64,000 nucleotides of DNA. Origin: Nitrosopumilus sp. (GTDB lineage: Archaea; Thermoproteota; Nitrososphaeria; Nitrososphaerales; Nitrosopumilaceae). The first letter of the stretch is position 1, and each line of letters opens with the position of its first letter. Position numbers and translations under genes: made by a program. Location of the stretch: contig OZ244650.1 of assembly GCA_965218785.1 (NCBI GenBank), positions 448,001 to 512,000 of the forward strand, given 5' to 3'. Below, piece after piece: positions 28,374 to 39,571 of the stretch. The notes under the pieces are model-generated. The model made no database searches, was not told the origin of the DNA, and saw only the letters and a list, made by a program, of their open reading frames with translations.

Positions 28374-31300
28374 TGGCAGATCCTTCCACAAAACGCTGGC
28401 CAATAATTCAAGATATCCTAAAACGTGAAGGTATTGCACGCCAACATCTTAATTCATTTGATGAATTTTTGGAGCGGGGACTACAAAGCATCATTGATGA
28501 AGTTGGACAGATTGATATTGAAAATGCCGAATACCCATACAAGATTCAATTAAGCAAAGTCAAACTTCAACAACCACGAATGATGGAACTTGACGGTTCC
28601 ATTACTCATATTACTCCTGCAGAAGCCCGACTGAGAAACGTTTCTTATTCTGCACCAGTAATGATGGAGGCCAGTGTTGTAGAGGATGGAAAAATTCTGG
28701 AATCCAGATTCGTCCATATTGGAGATGTCCCAGTTATGGCAAAATCAAATGCGTGCATCTTGCATAATTTCTCTAATCAAAAACTAGTTGAACATGGCGA
28801 AGATCCAAATGATCCCGGCGGTTACTTTATCATTAATGGTTCTGAAAGGGTAATTGTAGGATTAGAAGATCTTTCTTACAACAAGATCATTGTTGACAGA
28901 GAGACCTTGGGTGGAAATATTGTTTTCAAGGCCAAAGTATATTCTTCCATTGTGGGTTATCGTGCAAAATTAGAACTTGTCATGAAAAATGACGGATTAA
29001 TCGTTGCCAGAATTCCAGGTTCGCCTGTTGATATTCCGGTTGTAACATTGATGAGAGCGCTTGGATTGGAATCTGACCGAGAAATAGCCGCTGTAGTTTC
29101 TCTAGTAGACGACCTCCAAAATGAATTGGAAGGCTCGTTTGAAAAAGCAGGCGATGTTCCAACATCAAAAGATGCTATTGTCTACATTAGTAAAAGAATC
29201 GCACCTGGAATGTTAGAAGAATTCCAAATAAAGCGTGCTGAGACCCTGCTGGATTGGGGATTGCTGCCTCATTTGGGAAAGCATCCTGAAAACAGAAAAG
29301 AAAAAGCACAATTTCTAGGTGAAGCGGCATGCAAATTACTGGAATTAAAACTTGGATGGATTTACCCTGACGACAAGGATCATTATGGAAACAAAGTCAT
29401 AAAGTTTGCAGGACAGATGCTAGCAGATCTATTTAGAACTGCATTTAGAAACCTAGTCAGAGATATGAAGTACCAATTAGAGAGATCAGGACAAAAACGT
29501 GGAATCAACGCAGTAGCTGCGGCGATTCGTCCGGGAATAATTACTGACAAGCTAAACAATGCTATTGCGACTGGAAACTGGGGCAGAGGCCGTGTAGGTG
29601 TCACCCAGCTACTTGATCGAACCAATTACCTTTCAACAATTAGCCATCTTCGAAGAATTCAATCCCCTCTTAGCAGAACCCAGCCAAACTTTGAAGCACG
29701 AGACCTGCATGCCACCCACTTTGGAAGAATTTGCCCAAGTGAAACACCAGAGGGCTCAAACTGCGGTCTGGTAAAAAATCTGGCATTGTCTGGAATCATA
29801 TCTGTCAACGTTCCATCCGAAGAGATTATAGAAAAACTCTTTGACCTTGGAACCGTACACTTTTTTGATGCCAAGGAAGATTTGAAAAAAGACGGTACCA
29901 GAATATTCGTTGACGGCCGCTTGATTGGATATTACAAAGACGGTCAACAACTGGCAGAATCCCTTAGAGATCTTAGAAGAAATTCAAAGATTCATCCTCA
30001 CGTTGGCGTTTCATTCCATAAATCTGAAATTGAGGGTTCGACAAAAAGACTCTATGTAAATTGTAATGCGGGACGGGTTTTACGGCCTTTGATTATTATC
30101 AAGGACAGCAAGCCGTTGCTAACTCAAGAACTGCTAGATAAGATTTCAAAGAAGCTCCTTTCTTGGAATGATCTTTTGAGAATGGGTGTCTTGGAAATGA
30201 TTGATGCAAATGAAGAGGAAAACTGTTATGTTACTTTGGATGAAAAAAATACGAAAAAATATACCCACCTTGAAGTATTCCCACCGGCAATTCTAGGTGC
30301 AGGGGCCTCCATCATTCCATATCCTGAACACAACCAGTCCCCGAGAAATACATACGAGTCTGCAATGGCAAAACAGAGTCTGGGATTCTCCACACCCATG
30401 ATGAATACCAGCACATACGTCAGACAACATTTTATGCTATATCCACAAACCCCCATCGTTAACACCAAGGCGATGAATCTTTTGGGATTGGAAGACAGAC
30501 CAGCCGGTCAGAACTGTATTGTGGCAGTACTTCCATTTGACGGTTATAACATCGAAGATGCCATCGTACTTAGCAAATCATCAGTCGATAGGGGATTGGG
30601 CAGAACCTTCTTCTATAGAATCTATGATGCCGAAGCAAAACAGTATCCTGGCGGAATGCGTGACACTTTTGAGATTCCAAATGCTGAAGACAACATTAGA
30701 GGATACAAGGGTGAGCGTGCATATCGATTACTTGAGGAAGACGGGGTTGTAGCAGCTGAATCTCCAATAAAGGGAGGGGACATCCTGATCGGTAAAACCA
30801 GCCCTCCGAGATTTATGGAGGAATACAGGGAGTTTGAGTCTGCCGGTCCGTACAGGCGTGATACGTCCATTGGCGTCAGACCATCTGAAACAGGTGTGGT
30901 AGATACTGTTGTGATGACCCAATCAAACGAGGGTGGAAAGATGTACAAGATTAGGGCAAGGGATATGAGAATTCCTGAGATTGGCGACAAGTTTGCATCA
31001 AGACATGGACAAAAAGGGGTACTAGGTATTTTAGCTAAAGCAGAAGATCTGCCATATACTGCAGATGGAATATCCCCTGATGTTCTGATCAATCCCCACG
31101 CATTCCCCTCAAGAATGACTGTTGGAATGATGATGGAATCAATCTGTGGAAAGGCTGCTGCATTACGTGGAAAGAGATTTGACGGATCTGCGTTTGTAGG
31201 AGAAAAAATGGACGAAGTCAAAGAGGTAATGAACACGCATGGTTTTGAATATTCTGGCAAAGAAATTATGTATGATGGACGAACCGGAAAATCATTCCCA

Positions 31301-31720
31301 GTAGAGGTATTTATTGGAGTCGTATATTATCAAAAACTTCACCATATGGTTGCAGACAAAATTCATGCAAGGGCACGTGGCCAGGTTCAGATGCTGACCA
31401 AACAGCCTACTGAGGGAAGGGCAAGAGGCGGTGGATTAAGATTCGGTGAGATGGAAAGGGACTGTTTGATTGCTTATGGGGCTTCAATGATCCTCAAAGA
31501 CAGGTTGCTTGACGAGTCTGACAAATCTGACATTTTTGTTTGTGAAAGATGCGGTCTAGTAGCTTATCATGATGTTAAACAAAGAAAATATGTCTGCAGG
31601 GTATGCGGAGATAAAGCCAAAGTCTCGTCTGTATCAGTTGCATATGCATTCAAACTGCTCTTGCAAGAAATGCAAAGTCTGAATGTTGCACCACGATTGT
31701 TAATCAAGGAGAAGGTCTAA
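28373..31720 (+). CDS. rpoB: RNA polymerase subunit B (Rpo2), unsplit
   Basis: GGYFIINGSERV, ETPEG, GDKFASRHGQKG, GGLRFGEMERD, C-terminal Zn ribbon. Confidence 0.99.
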   Translation: MADPSTKRWPIIQDILKREGIARQHLNSFDEFLERGLQSIIDEVGQIDIENAEYPYKIQLSKVKLQQPRMMELDGSITHITPAEARLRNVSYSAPVMMEASVVEDGKILESRFVHIGDVPVMAKSNACILHNFSNQKLVEHGEDPNDPGGYFIINGSERVIVGLEDLSYNKIIVDRETLGGNIVFKAKVYSSIVGYRAKLELVMKNDGLIVARIPGSPVDIPVVTLMRALGLESDREIAAVVSLVDDLQNELEGSFEKAGDVPTSKDAIVYISKRIAPGMLEEFQIKRAETLLDWGLLPHLGKHPENRKEKAQFLGEAACKLLELKLGWIYPDDKDHYGNKVIKFAGQMLADLFRTAFRNLVRDMKYQLERSGQKRGINAVAAAIRPGIITDKLNNAIATGNWGRGRVGVTQLLDRTNYLSTISHLRRIQSPLSRTQPNFEARDLHATHFGRICPSETPEGSNCGLVKNLALSGIISVNVPSEEIIEKLFDLGTVHFFDAKEDLKKDGTRIFVDGRLIGYYKDGQQLAESLRDLRRNSKIHPHVGVSFHKSEIEGSTKRLYVNCNAGRVLRPLIIIKDSKPLLTQELLDKISKKLLSWNDLLRMGVLEMIDANEEENCYVTLDEKNTKKYTHLEVFPPAILGAGASIIPYPEHNQSPRNTYESAMAKQSLGFSTPMMNTSTYVRQHFMLYPQTPIVNTKAMNLLGLEDRPAGQNCIVAVLPFDGYNIEDAIVLSKSSVDRGLGRTFFYRIYDAEAKQYPGGMRDTFEIPNAEDNIRGYKGERAYRLLEEDGVVAAESPIKGGDILIGKTSPPRFMEEYREFESAGPYRRDTSIGVRPSETGVVDTVVMTQSNEGGKMYKIRARDMRIPEIGDKFASRHGQKGVLGILAKAEDLPYTADGISPDVLINPHAFPSRMTVGMMMESICGKAAALRGKRFDGSAFVGEKMDEVKEVMNTHGFEYSGKEIMYDGRTGKSFPVEVFIGVVYYQKLHHMVADKIHARARGQVQMLTKQPTEGRARGGGLRFGEMERDCLIAYGASMILKDRLLDESDKSDIFVCERCGLVAYHDVKQRKYVCRVCGDKAKVSSVSVAYAFKLLLQEMQSLNVAPRLLIKEKV

Positions 31721-34700
31721 TGTCTATTCAGGCAATAAAATCAATTGATGGTATTAGATTCTCGGTATGGTCTCCTACTGAAATCAGAAAATACTCTGTT
31801 GCAGAAATCACCGCACCTGAAACCTATGATGAGGATGGAATGTCTGTTCAAGGGGGTCTTATGGATGGCAGACTGGGAACCTTGGAGCCCGGACAGAAAT
31901 GTCTCACGTGTGGAAACACGGCGGCAAGATGTCCCGGACACTTTGGCCATATAGAACTTGCAGAACCTGTTTTACACATCGCATTTATCGACAATATTTA
32001 CAAATTATTACAATCAACATGTCGCTCTTGTGCAAGGCTCAAGGTTCCTCAGGAAAACCTGGACACGTTTAAAAAAATCAAAGACAAGCATGCTGCCTAT
32101 ACTGTAATCTCCCAAAAGCGTATTCCAGAACAAATCATAGAAAAGGCCAAAAAGGCAAAAGAATGCCCCCATTGTGGAAAGACACAATACGAATTGATCT
32201 TTACAAAACCGACTATTTTTGTTGAAAAAACGGAGATTGGTGAACATAGATTGCTCCCAATTACAATTAGAGAAAGATTTTCACAGATACTTGATGAGGA
32301 CTTGAAATTATTATTGTATGATCCTGCTACTGCCAGACCTGAATGGTTCATTCTTCAGGCATTACCTGTCCCACCGGTAACTGTCAGGCCGTCAATCATT
32401 CTCGAGACCGGAATAAGATCCGAAGATGATCTGACACACAAAATGGTCGATATCATCAGAGTTAATCAAAGATTAAAAGAAAGTAAGGAGGCAGGGACAC
32501 CCCCGTTAATTGTCCAGGACCTAGTAGACCTGTTACAGTATCATACTACGACATATTTTGACAACGAGGTTTCTGGAATCCCACAGGCGCATCATCGCTC
32601 CGGACGTCCACTCAAAACATTGACTCAGAGATTAAAGGGAAAAGAAGGAAGATTTAGGGGCTCTTTATCTGGAAAAAGGGTTGATTTTTCAAGCAGAACT
32701 GTCATCTCACCTGATCCCAACTTGGATTTGTCTGAAGTCGGCGTTCCCATAGCAGTTGCTACAAAACTGACAATTCCTGAAATTGTTACAGAATGGAATA
32801 TTGAGAGAATGAAAAAACTCGTGATTCACGGACCTGAAACCTTTCCGGGTGTGAACTATATTGTAAGACCTGATGGCGTCAAGATTAGATTGGATTTTGT
32901 AGAAGATCGCTCTACAATTGCTGAAACATTAGAAATTGGATATCTTGTTGAAAGACACCTTGCAGATGGTGATATTGTGATGTTTAACCGACAGCCTTCT
33001 CTTCACCAGATGTCTATCATGGCTCATTATGTCAAGGTGCTTCCAGGCAAAACATTCAGACTGCATCCTTCAGTATGTCCTCCATATAACGCAGACTTTG
33101 ATGGTGATGAGATGAATCTTCATGTCCCTCAAAGTGAAGAAGCAAGGGCAGAGGCAATTCTTTTGATGCGAGTTCAAGATCAACTGATCTCTCCAAGATA
33201 TGGCGGTCCGATTATTGGGGCACTAAGGGATTTTGTCACCGGTGCATATCTTTTAACTAAGGACGACACGACTCTTACCATTCAGGAATTCTCAAACCTT
33301 GCAATGCTTGGCGGCTATACTGACGTACTTCCCAAACCCGCTGCCAAAACAAAAGACGGGCCTGCATACACTGGAAAACAACTATTCTCGCTGTTTCTTC
33401 CAAAAGACTTTAACTATGTTATAACGTCAAAATGGTCTAAAGGAACAAGCGGTCCTCAAAACGACGTTGTAATCAAAAACGGCGAACTAATCAGCGGTGT
33501 AATTGATAAAACATCAATTGGTGCAGAAGAGCCTGAAAGTGTTTTACACCGAATTGCAAAAGATTACGGCAATGTAGTTGGGAAAAACTTCCTGAACTCT
33601 ATTCTGATCATGGTCAAACAGTTCATTACTCACTATGGCTTTAGTTATGGTTTTGGTGATCTTGTAGTGCCAGAAAAAGAAAAACAGCAGATTCTAGATG
33701 ATATTCAAGGGACATATGACGTTGTTGCCGATTTAATCAAGCAGTATGAAAAGGGAACCCTCAAACTCACACGAGGTATGAGGCCACAGGAGGCTTTAGA
33801 AGCATACATTGTCAATGAGCTGGGAAAGGCAAGAGACAAGGCAGGCTCTACTGCAAATGACTCCCTTGATGACAGTAACGCAGGAAAGATCATGGCTACT
33901 ACCGGTGCTCGTGGTTCATCTTTGAACGTGGGCCAGATGGCAGGTGCTTTAGGCCAGCAATCACGAAGGGGAAACAGACTGCATGACGGGTACAATAATC
34001 GAGCACTGACACACTATCAAGAACATGACAATAATCCTGACGCACACGGATTTGTAAAATCCAATTACAGAGAGGGTCTCTCTGCACTGGAATTTTTCTT
34101 CCATGCCATGGGTGGCCGTGAGGGACTAGTAGATACTGCAGTCAGAACACAGCAAAGCGGTTACATGCAACGCAGGCTGATTAATGCATTAGAACACATT
34201 AGATTAGAATATGACGGAACGGTAAGGGATCCGCACGGTCACATAGTTCAATTCCTTTATGGTGAAGATGGAATCGATGTTGCAAAAAGTGATCATGGCG
34301 AGGCATTTAACATTAAGAGACTAATTGAATCCCAAACCATCATTGATACTGGGAAAAAGGCTACAAAAGAGGATGTTGATACACTTGCCAAAAAATATAC
34401 AAAGACGTTTAATCCACGATTAACCTCCCTCGTTGCTGACGGTCTGCAAAACTCTGGATTAAGTAGAAACGGCGTAGAAACCGTATGTAAAAAGGGACTA
34501 ACGCTTTACAACAAGGCACAGGTGGAACCGGGTCAAGCAGTGGGAATCATCACTGCTCAGTCAATTGGCGAACCGGGTACGCAGATGACTCTAAGAACAT
34601 TCCACTTTGCAGGAATCAAGGAAAGAAACGTTACGCTGGGTCTTCCAAGACTGATTGAACTAGTCGATGCAAGAAAGAAACCAGTTACCCCTACTATGGA

Positions 34701-35511
34701 TATTTACCTTGATGAGGAATCAAAGAAATCACGTGAAAAGGCAATCGAGGTTGCAAGAAATGTGCTGCAAACCAAAGTCAGCGCGCTAATTGTTGACAAT
34801 GAAACTGATTATTCGACCCAAATTAAATTAATTCTAAGTCAAAACAGACTCAAAGAACGCGGATGTTCCATTGCAGAAGTAGAGGCCGCGCTATCTTCCA
34901 ATAAAAAATTCAAAATGGAGACAATCGGTGAATTAATCACCCTGACACTAGTTGAGGAATCTGATACTGCAACTGCTATCGCAATCAGAAACAAGGTTCT
35001 TAACACTACTGTCAAGGGAGTACCAGATATTGAACGTGTGACCCTGGTTCAAAAAGACGACGAATGGGTTATTCAAACGACTGGCTCTAACATTGCCAAA
35101 GTACTTGAGGTCAAGGGCATTGATAGAAAAAGTGTCATGACAAATAACGTCTTTGAGATTGCAGGAACGCTGGGTATTGAAGCTGCCCGAAATGCTTTGA
35201 TTAATGAACTTAACAGTACTTTGGATGATCAGGGACTGGAAGTTGATAATAGATACATCATGCTGGTCTCTGATTTGATGTGTTCTAGAGGCTACATGCA
35301 ACAAATTGGCAGGCATGGGATCGCCGGAACCAAAGACAGCGTTCTTGCCAGAGCCGCATTTGAAATTACGGTGCCGACAATTGCGCATGCCGCACTTGGC
35401 GGTGAAGTCGAACAACTCAAAGGAATCACTGAAAATGTAATTGTTGGAAGCAACATTCCGATTGGAAGTGGGACTGTTGATCTGTACATGCAAGTCTCCA
35501 AAAAAAGGTGA
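31720..35511 (+). CDS. rpoA: RNA polymerase subunit A'+A'' fused (Rpo1)
   Basis: CPGHFGH, NADFDGD and AQSIGEPGTQMT in one ORF; fused form typical of Thaumarchaeota. Confidence 0.99.
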   Translation: MSIQAIKSIDGIRFSVWSPTEIRKYSVAEITAPETYDEDGMSVQGGLMDGRLGTLEPGQKCLTCGNTAARCPGHFGHIELAEPVLHIAFIDNIYKLLQSTCRSCARLKVPQENLDTFKKIKDKHAAYTVISQKRIPEQIIEKAKKAKECPHCGKTQYELIFTKPTIFVEKTEIGEHRLLPITIRERFSQILDEDLKLLLYDPATARPEWFILQALPVPPVTVRPSIILETGIRSEDDLTHKMVDIIRVNQRLKESKEAGTPPLIVQDLVDLLQYHTTTYFDNEVSGIPQAHHRSGRPLKTLTQRLKGKEGRFRGSLSGKRVDFSSRTVISPDPNLDLSEVGVPIAVATKLTIPEIVTEWNIERMKKLVIHGPETFPGVNYIVRPDGVKIRLDFVEDRSTIAETLEIGYLVERHLADGDIVMFNRQPSLHQMSIMAHYVKVLPGKTFRLHPSVCPPYNADFDGDEMNLHVPQSEEARAEAILLMRVQDQLISPRYGGPIIGALRDFVTGAYLLTKDDTTLTIQEFSNLAMLGGYTDVLPKPAAKTKDGPAYTGKQLFSLFLPKDFNYVITSKWSKGTSGPQNDVVIKNGELISGVIDKTSIGAEEPESVLHRIAKDYGNVVGKNFLNSILIMVKQFITHYGFSYGFGDLVVPEKEKQQILDDIQGTYDVVADLIKQYEKGTLKLTRGMRPQEALEAYIVNELGKARDKAGSTANDSLDDSNAGKIMATTGARGSSLNVGQMAGALGQQSRRGNRLHDGYNNRALTHYQEHDNNPDAHGFVKSNYREGLSALEFFFHAMGGREGLVDTAVRTQQSGYMQRRLINALEHIRLEYDGTVRDPHGHIVQFLYGEDGIDVAKSDHGEAFNIKRLIESQTIIDTGKKATKEDVDTLAKKYTKTFNPRLTSLVADGLQNSGLSRNGVETVCKKGLTLYNKAQVEPGQAVGIITAQSIGEPGTQMTLRTFHFAGIKERNVTLGLPRLIELVDARKKPVTPTMDIYLDEESKKSREKAIEVARNVLQTKVSALIVDNETDYSTQIKLILSQNRLKERGCSIAEVEAALSSNKKFKMETIGELITLTLVEESDTATAIAIRNKVLNTTVKGVPDIERVTLVQKDDEWVIQTTGSNIAKVLEVKGIDRKSVMTNNVFEIAGTLGIEAARNALINELNSTLDDQGLEVDNRYIMLVSDLMCSRGYMQQIGRHGIAGTKDSVLARAAFEITVPTIAHAALGGEVEQLKGITENVIVGSNIPIGSGTVDLYMQVSKKR

Positions 35512-35993
35512 CTAGCTATGTCTGGAAATCAGATTTTCACATGTCTTTGATGTAAAATCCGAAAGGAGCTAAAGAAATCCACGGCAGACTGGTGAAAAAT
35601 ATCTTTTCAACTGATTTTAGGGAAAAATATCGTTTATGTGGCATCCATGATTACTGATTACTGCCTAATTATATCGGGATGGACATGTTTGAATGACAGG
35701 CATTTGAGAAATTCATCAGATAAGTGAAAACAACAAGAATCGAGGAGGAAAATAGACAGTAAGACGGATGGTTTGGAGATTATGATTGCCATACGATTAA
35801 CGCTCAAGTTAACAATCTTTGCACGATAACATTTGTTGTATTTTTGGAACTTTGAAAATGCCTAAATATGGCTCAACTCAGCTGGAATTATAGAAAAATT
35901 GTCTAAACTTTTATCCATCCCATTTAACAAATATGTAAAAATTGCCAATCTGTGCACGCAAGCAAGCAAGAGAAAATAATTCAAGTGAATATT

Positions 35994-36224
35994 ATGGTCT
36001 ATGAAATTTCAACCTTAATGACAAACAGCAAAGACAAGACAGTATTGCTCAGAATGAGAAACAGCAAAACCATTCAAGGCATCCTCAAAGATTTTGACAT
36101 TCATATGAATCTGACTCTGGAAAATGCCGAAGATATCTCTGATGAGACACCTGCAAAACTCGGAACTGTTTTGATACGCGGTGATAATATTCTGGTAGTC
36201 TCCATTCCTGTGGAAGAATCTTAA
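35994..36224 (+). CDS. Sm-like (Lsm/SmAP) RNA-binding protein
   Basis: GILKDFDIHMNLTLENAE (Sm1) and LIRGDNI (Sm2); ATG at 35994 preferred. Confidence 0.93.
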   Translation: MVYEISTLMTNSKDKTVLLRMRNSKTIQGILKDFDIHMNLTLENAEDISDETPAKLGTVLIRGDNILVVSIPVEES

Positions 36225-36267
36225 AACCTGTTTCAAATGTTAAATTCAATAACTGATTAATTTTATC

Positions 36268-37449
36268 ATGCATCTTTTCTTACTGTTCTCCCCGTTGATT
36301 CTTTTTCCTGCATTTGGAGAACCGATTCCTGATTATAATGATCCATACTCCCCAATTTTCACAGACAATTCAATGTATTCTTGGACTGACAAAGTCAAAA
36401 TGACAATTGTTGCGCCAAGCTGGAATACTAATAGACATCTGATTGATTCAATTGGGGATACTGAAGATCATTCAATTAAAATCTCAACAAGGGATCACTC
36501 CCTAGAGCCATACAGGTTTACTGAAACGGATGCCAATTCCGGAATTTTCACTGCAGAGATCATTCTTACGGGTTTTTCACATGATGCCAACGGTGATGGA
36601 AATACCGACACAACACCGAGAACAACTGGCAACGGTCCAACAGGTGGATTCTTGGAAGTTGATAGGGATTCGGCAGTTACCATCTCTTTTGAATTTGCAG
36701 ACGGAGTAATACTGACCGAATCTGTTCCTGTAGGTTGGAATCTTGGAACAATCCAATTTTTAGAAGAGATTTTTTCCTCAGATAAATCTGCCGTGGTTCG
36801 TGTCATTGATCCGGACATGAATCTTCGTCCCGAGGCAATAGATACAATTCAGCTCGAATTTTTTTCAGATTCTGACTCTGCCGGGATTGGCGTTGATGCC
36901 ATAGAAACATCTGAAAGTTCTGGCTTGTTTCTGACTACAATCTTTTTTTCACAAACTTCATCTTCGAGTGGCAATAGGCTCTATGTCCTGCCCGGAGATC
37001 AAATCATTGCCAAATATGACGATTACACGTTACCAAAACCATATTCAATCTCAGACAATTTGAAAATTGAAACTTTTGCAAAAATCAAATCATCCGTTCT
37101 TCCAACTGACAGATTGAAAAATCTTCCCATAGTTTTTTCTGACAGTCTTGATAATGAATTACGATCATTTTCTACAAACGACCAAATACAGATAGTTGGA
37201 ACCCTACTAAATCAACATGATTTCAGACAGAAGTTTGTTTATCTGTTCCAAGTAAAAGACTCTACAAACCATGTCGAATCAATTTCATGGATTCAAGGTG
37301 AGTTGTATCCGGATCAAAGCATAGGCGTTTCCCGGTCCTGGATTCCTAAAAATTCTGGAATATATACAGTTGAAACATTTGTCTGGGATTCCCTTGTCAG
37401 TCAGATACCGCTGGGGAATTTAACATCCACTACAGTTTATATCAACTAG
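36268..37449 (+). CDS. Secreted S-layer-related protein (SlaA C-terminal-like domains)
   Basis: ETDANSGIFTAEI; VRVIDPDMN; C-terminal QIQIVG...FVYLFQVKD...SISWIQG...SWIP...YTVETFVW resembles the Nitrosopumilus S-layer C-terminus. Confidence 0.75.
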   Translation: MHLFLLFSPLILFPAFGEPIPDYNDPYSPIFTDNSMYSWTDKVKMTIVAPSWNTNRHLIDSIGDTEDHSIKISTRDHSLEPYRFTETDANSGIFTAEIILTGFSHDANGDGNTDTTPRTTGNGPTGGFLEVDRDSAVTISFEFADGVILTESVPVGWNLGTIQFLEEIFSSDKSAVVRVIDPDMNLRPEAIDTIQLEFFSDSDSAGIGVDAIETSESSGLFLTTIFFSQTSSSSGNRLYVLPGDQIIAKYDDYTLPKPYSISDNLKIETFAKIKSSVLPTDRLKNLPIVFSDSLDNELRSFSTNDQIQIVGTLLNQHDFRQKFVYLFQVKDSTNHVESISWIQGELYPDQSIGVSRSWIPKNSGIYTVETFVWDSLVSQIPLGNLTSTTVYIN

Positions 37450-37667
37450 TCTGCCTTTTGCCTGTCAAATGATGCAGCGGTGAACCCACCCTCAACCTGA
37501 AAACCATTTTGTTTGAATCACAAAACCCCGCAGATTTTTTCCTGGTACTGTGTTTTCTTCTTTTTGCTCCCTGTTTGGTTTTTCAAACCAAGTATTTCTA
37601 CTTTGAGATGCGTATACTTCAATAAACCTATAAAGCCCCGTTAAGACGATCGTCATTAAGGTAAGAC

Positions 37668-37991
37668 ATGAGTAAGATACTTGAAAAATCACTGAAAGAC
37701 GCCCGCAAAGAAGATAAATTGATAATGGGTGCTAAACAAGTTTTAAGCTCTGTAAAAAACTCCAAGCTAGTTGTATTGTCTCAATCAGTTGAGAAGGAAA
37801 TGTTTGAGAAAATTGAATCAGATGCAAAAAAAGAAAAAATACCCCTAGTTAACTTTCAAGGAACCTCAGTTGCATTAGGCAGATTATGTGGCTTGCAATT
37901 TAGAATTTCGACAATTTCATTTACATCAATAACTGACGCAAGCATCAAATCCATTCTAAAAGATACAGAAGCTGAGGAAAAAAATGAATAG
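37668..37991 (+). CDS. rpl30e: 50S ribosomal protein L30e
   Basis: L7Ae/L30e fold (LIMGAKQV, GTSVALGRLCG) at its conserved position before nusA. Confidence 0.9.
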   Translation: MSKILEKSLKDARKEDKLIMGAKQVLSSVKNSKLVVLSQSVEKEMFEKIESDAKKEKIPLVNFQGTSVALGRLCGLQFRISTISFTSITDASIKSILKDTEAEEKNE

Positions 37992-38055
37992 TTACATTTT
38001 ATTTTATGAAAGTTTAAATGAGACATTTTTTGTTCGGAGATAAAAAGGAATTCTA

Positions 38056-38520
38056 ATGACACAATCAATTAAATTATCAACTGATCAAATGCGTATGATG
38101 TCTCTTTTCCAAAATGTTACAGGTGCAACTGCACGTGATTGTATTGAAGATGAAAAACAAGACAGAGTAATTTTCGTAGTTAATTCAGGCAAGATGGGTC
38201 TGGCAATCGGCAAAGGTGGAATCCATATCAAATCATTACAAAACATTGTAAAGAGAAATGTTGAATTGGTGGAATTTGATGAAGATCCTGCAAAATTTTT
38301 GTCTAATTTGCTCAATTCCAAACTAATCTCTGAAGTAAAAATAAATACGCGGGCCGATGGGTCAAAACAGGCGATTGTTATAGTAGACCCCAGAAAGAAA
38401 GGAATCGTTGTTGGCAGAGACGGCAGAAATGCTGAGAAGGCAAGATTGCTTGCAAAACGATATTTCAACATTACAAACGTAATGATTAACAATCCAGAAA
38501 AAGCAGCCATGGAGATGTAA
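38056..38520 (+). CDS. nusA: Archaeal NusA-like transcription factor
   Basis: TGATARDC, MGLAIGKGG and GIVVGRDG KH motifs. Confidence 0.95.
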   Translation: MTQSIKLSTDQMRMMSLFQNVTGATARDCIEDEKQDRVIFVVNSGKMGLAIGKGGIHIKSLQNIVKRNVELVEFDEDPAKFLSNLLNSKLISEVKINTRADGSKQAIVIVDPRKKGIVVGRDGRNAEKARLLAKRYFNITNVMINNPEKAAMEM

Positions 38521-38523
38521 GAT

Positions 38524-38961
38524 ATGAGAAAATCACCCCTTGGATTATTTGCAGGACGTGTTCTGACTACTAAAAAAAAGAGACAGAGATGGGCGATCTC
38601 CACTTACAAAAGAAGGAAGCTTGGCATTGACAAAAAGGCTGATCCTCTTGGGGGTGCTCCGCAAGCAAGAGGTATTGTTTTAGAAAAAGTAGGTATTGCG
38701 GCAAAACAGCCAAACTCGGCTGTAAGAAAATGCGTCAGAGTTCAATTGATTAAAAACGGCAAAACTGTTACAGCATTTTTGCCCCGAGACGGCGCAATGA
38801 ACTTTATTGATGAGCACGATGAGGTTCACATTCAAGGAATGGGTGCGACTCAGGGCGGTGCGATGGGGGACATTCCAGGAGTCCGATTCAAAGTTTTCAA
38901 AGTTAATGGCACATCCCTTCATGAATTGGTAATCGGGAAGAAGGAAAAACCAAGGAGATAG
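38524..38961 (+). CDS. rps12: 30S ribosomal protein S12 (uS12)
   Basis: [25 protein letters not shown]. Confidence 0.98.
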   Translation: MRKSPLGLFAGRVLTTKKKRQRWAISTYKRRKLGIDKKADPLGGAPQARGIVLEKVGIAAKQPNSAVRKCVRVQLIKNGKTVTAFLPRDGAMNFIDEHDEVHIQGMGATQGGAMGDIPGVRFKVFKVNGTSLHELVIGKKEKPRR

Positions 38962-38963
38962 AA

Positions 38964-39563
38964 ATGGCACAGACAAAGAATTTATTATTATTTAGAAAAT
39001 GGGACATGTCTGACATTGAGGTTAAAGATCCCGGATTAAAGACTGCAATCTCGCTTAGAAAACAAATCCTGCCATATACCTATGGCCGTTCTGCACTCAA
39101 GCGATTCAATAAAGCCGATGTCAACATCGTTGAAAGATTAATCAACAAGACTATGCACTTTGGAAAAAAATACGCAAAAAATACCGGAAGAATGACAGGC
39201 AAAAAAACCAAGGTTCTCAATACAGTAAAGACTGCATTTGATATTATTGCACTTAAAACTGGACAAAACCCAGTTGAGATCTTAGTTAGGGCAGTGGAAT
39301 TCTCTGCTCCCAATGAGGATACGACTAGGATTGTTTATGGGGGAACCGTCTACCATGTGTCAGTTGATGTTGCTCCAATCAGACGAGTAGACTTGGCCTT
39401 AAAATTCATTTCAGATGCAATAAAAGAATCCACATTTTCAAATCCAAAGCCGATTGAGGAACACATGGCCGAACAGCTTATCCTTTCAGCATCAAATAAT
39501 CCCAGCGCCCCCTCTGTAAAAAAGAAAAACGAACTAGAACGTATTGCACAGGCATCCAGATAG
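38964..39563 (+). CDS. rps7: 30S ribosomal protein S7 (uS7)
   Basis: IVERLIN, SVDVAPIRRVDLAL, ELERIAQASR. Confidence 0.97.
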   Translation: MAQTKNLLLFRKWDMSDIEVKDPGLKTAISLRKQILPYTYGRSALKRFNKADVNIVERLINKTMHFGKKYAKNTGRMTGKKTKVLNTVKTAFDIIALKTGQNPVEILVRAVEFSAPNEDTTRIVYGGTVYHVSVDVAPIRRVDLALKFISDAIKESTFSNPKPIEEHMAEQLILSASNNPSAPSVKKKNELERIAQASR

Positions 39564-39571
39564 AAATTCAG

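Noticed and set aside
31720-35511. Fused RNA polymerase A'/A'' as a novelty
   Set aside because: This is an established feature of Thaumarchaeota.
37469-37500. Possible C/D box sRNA (ATGATGC...CTGA)
   Set aside because: Imperfect C box, only 32 nt long, and no internal D'/C' pair.
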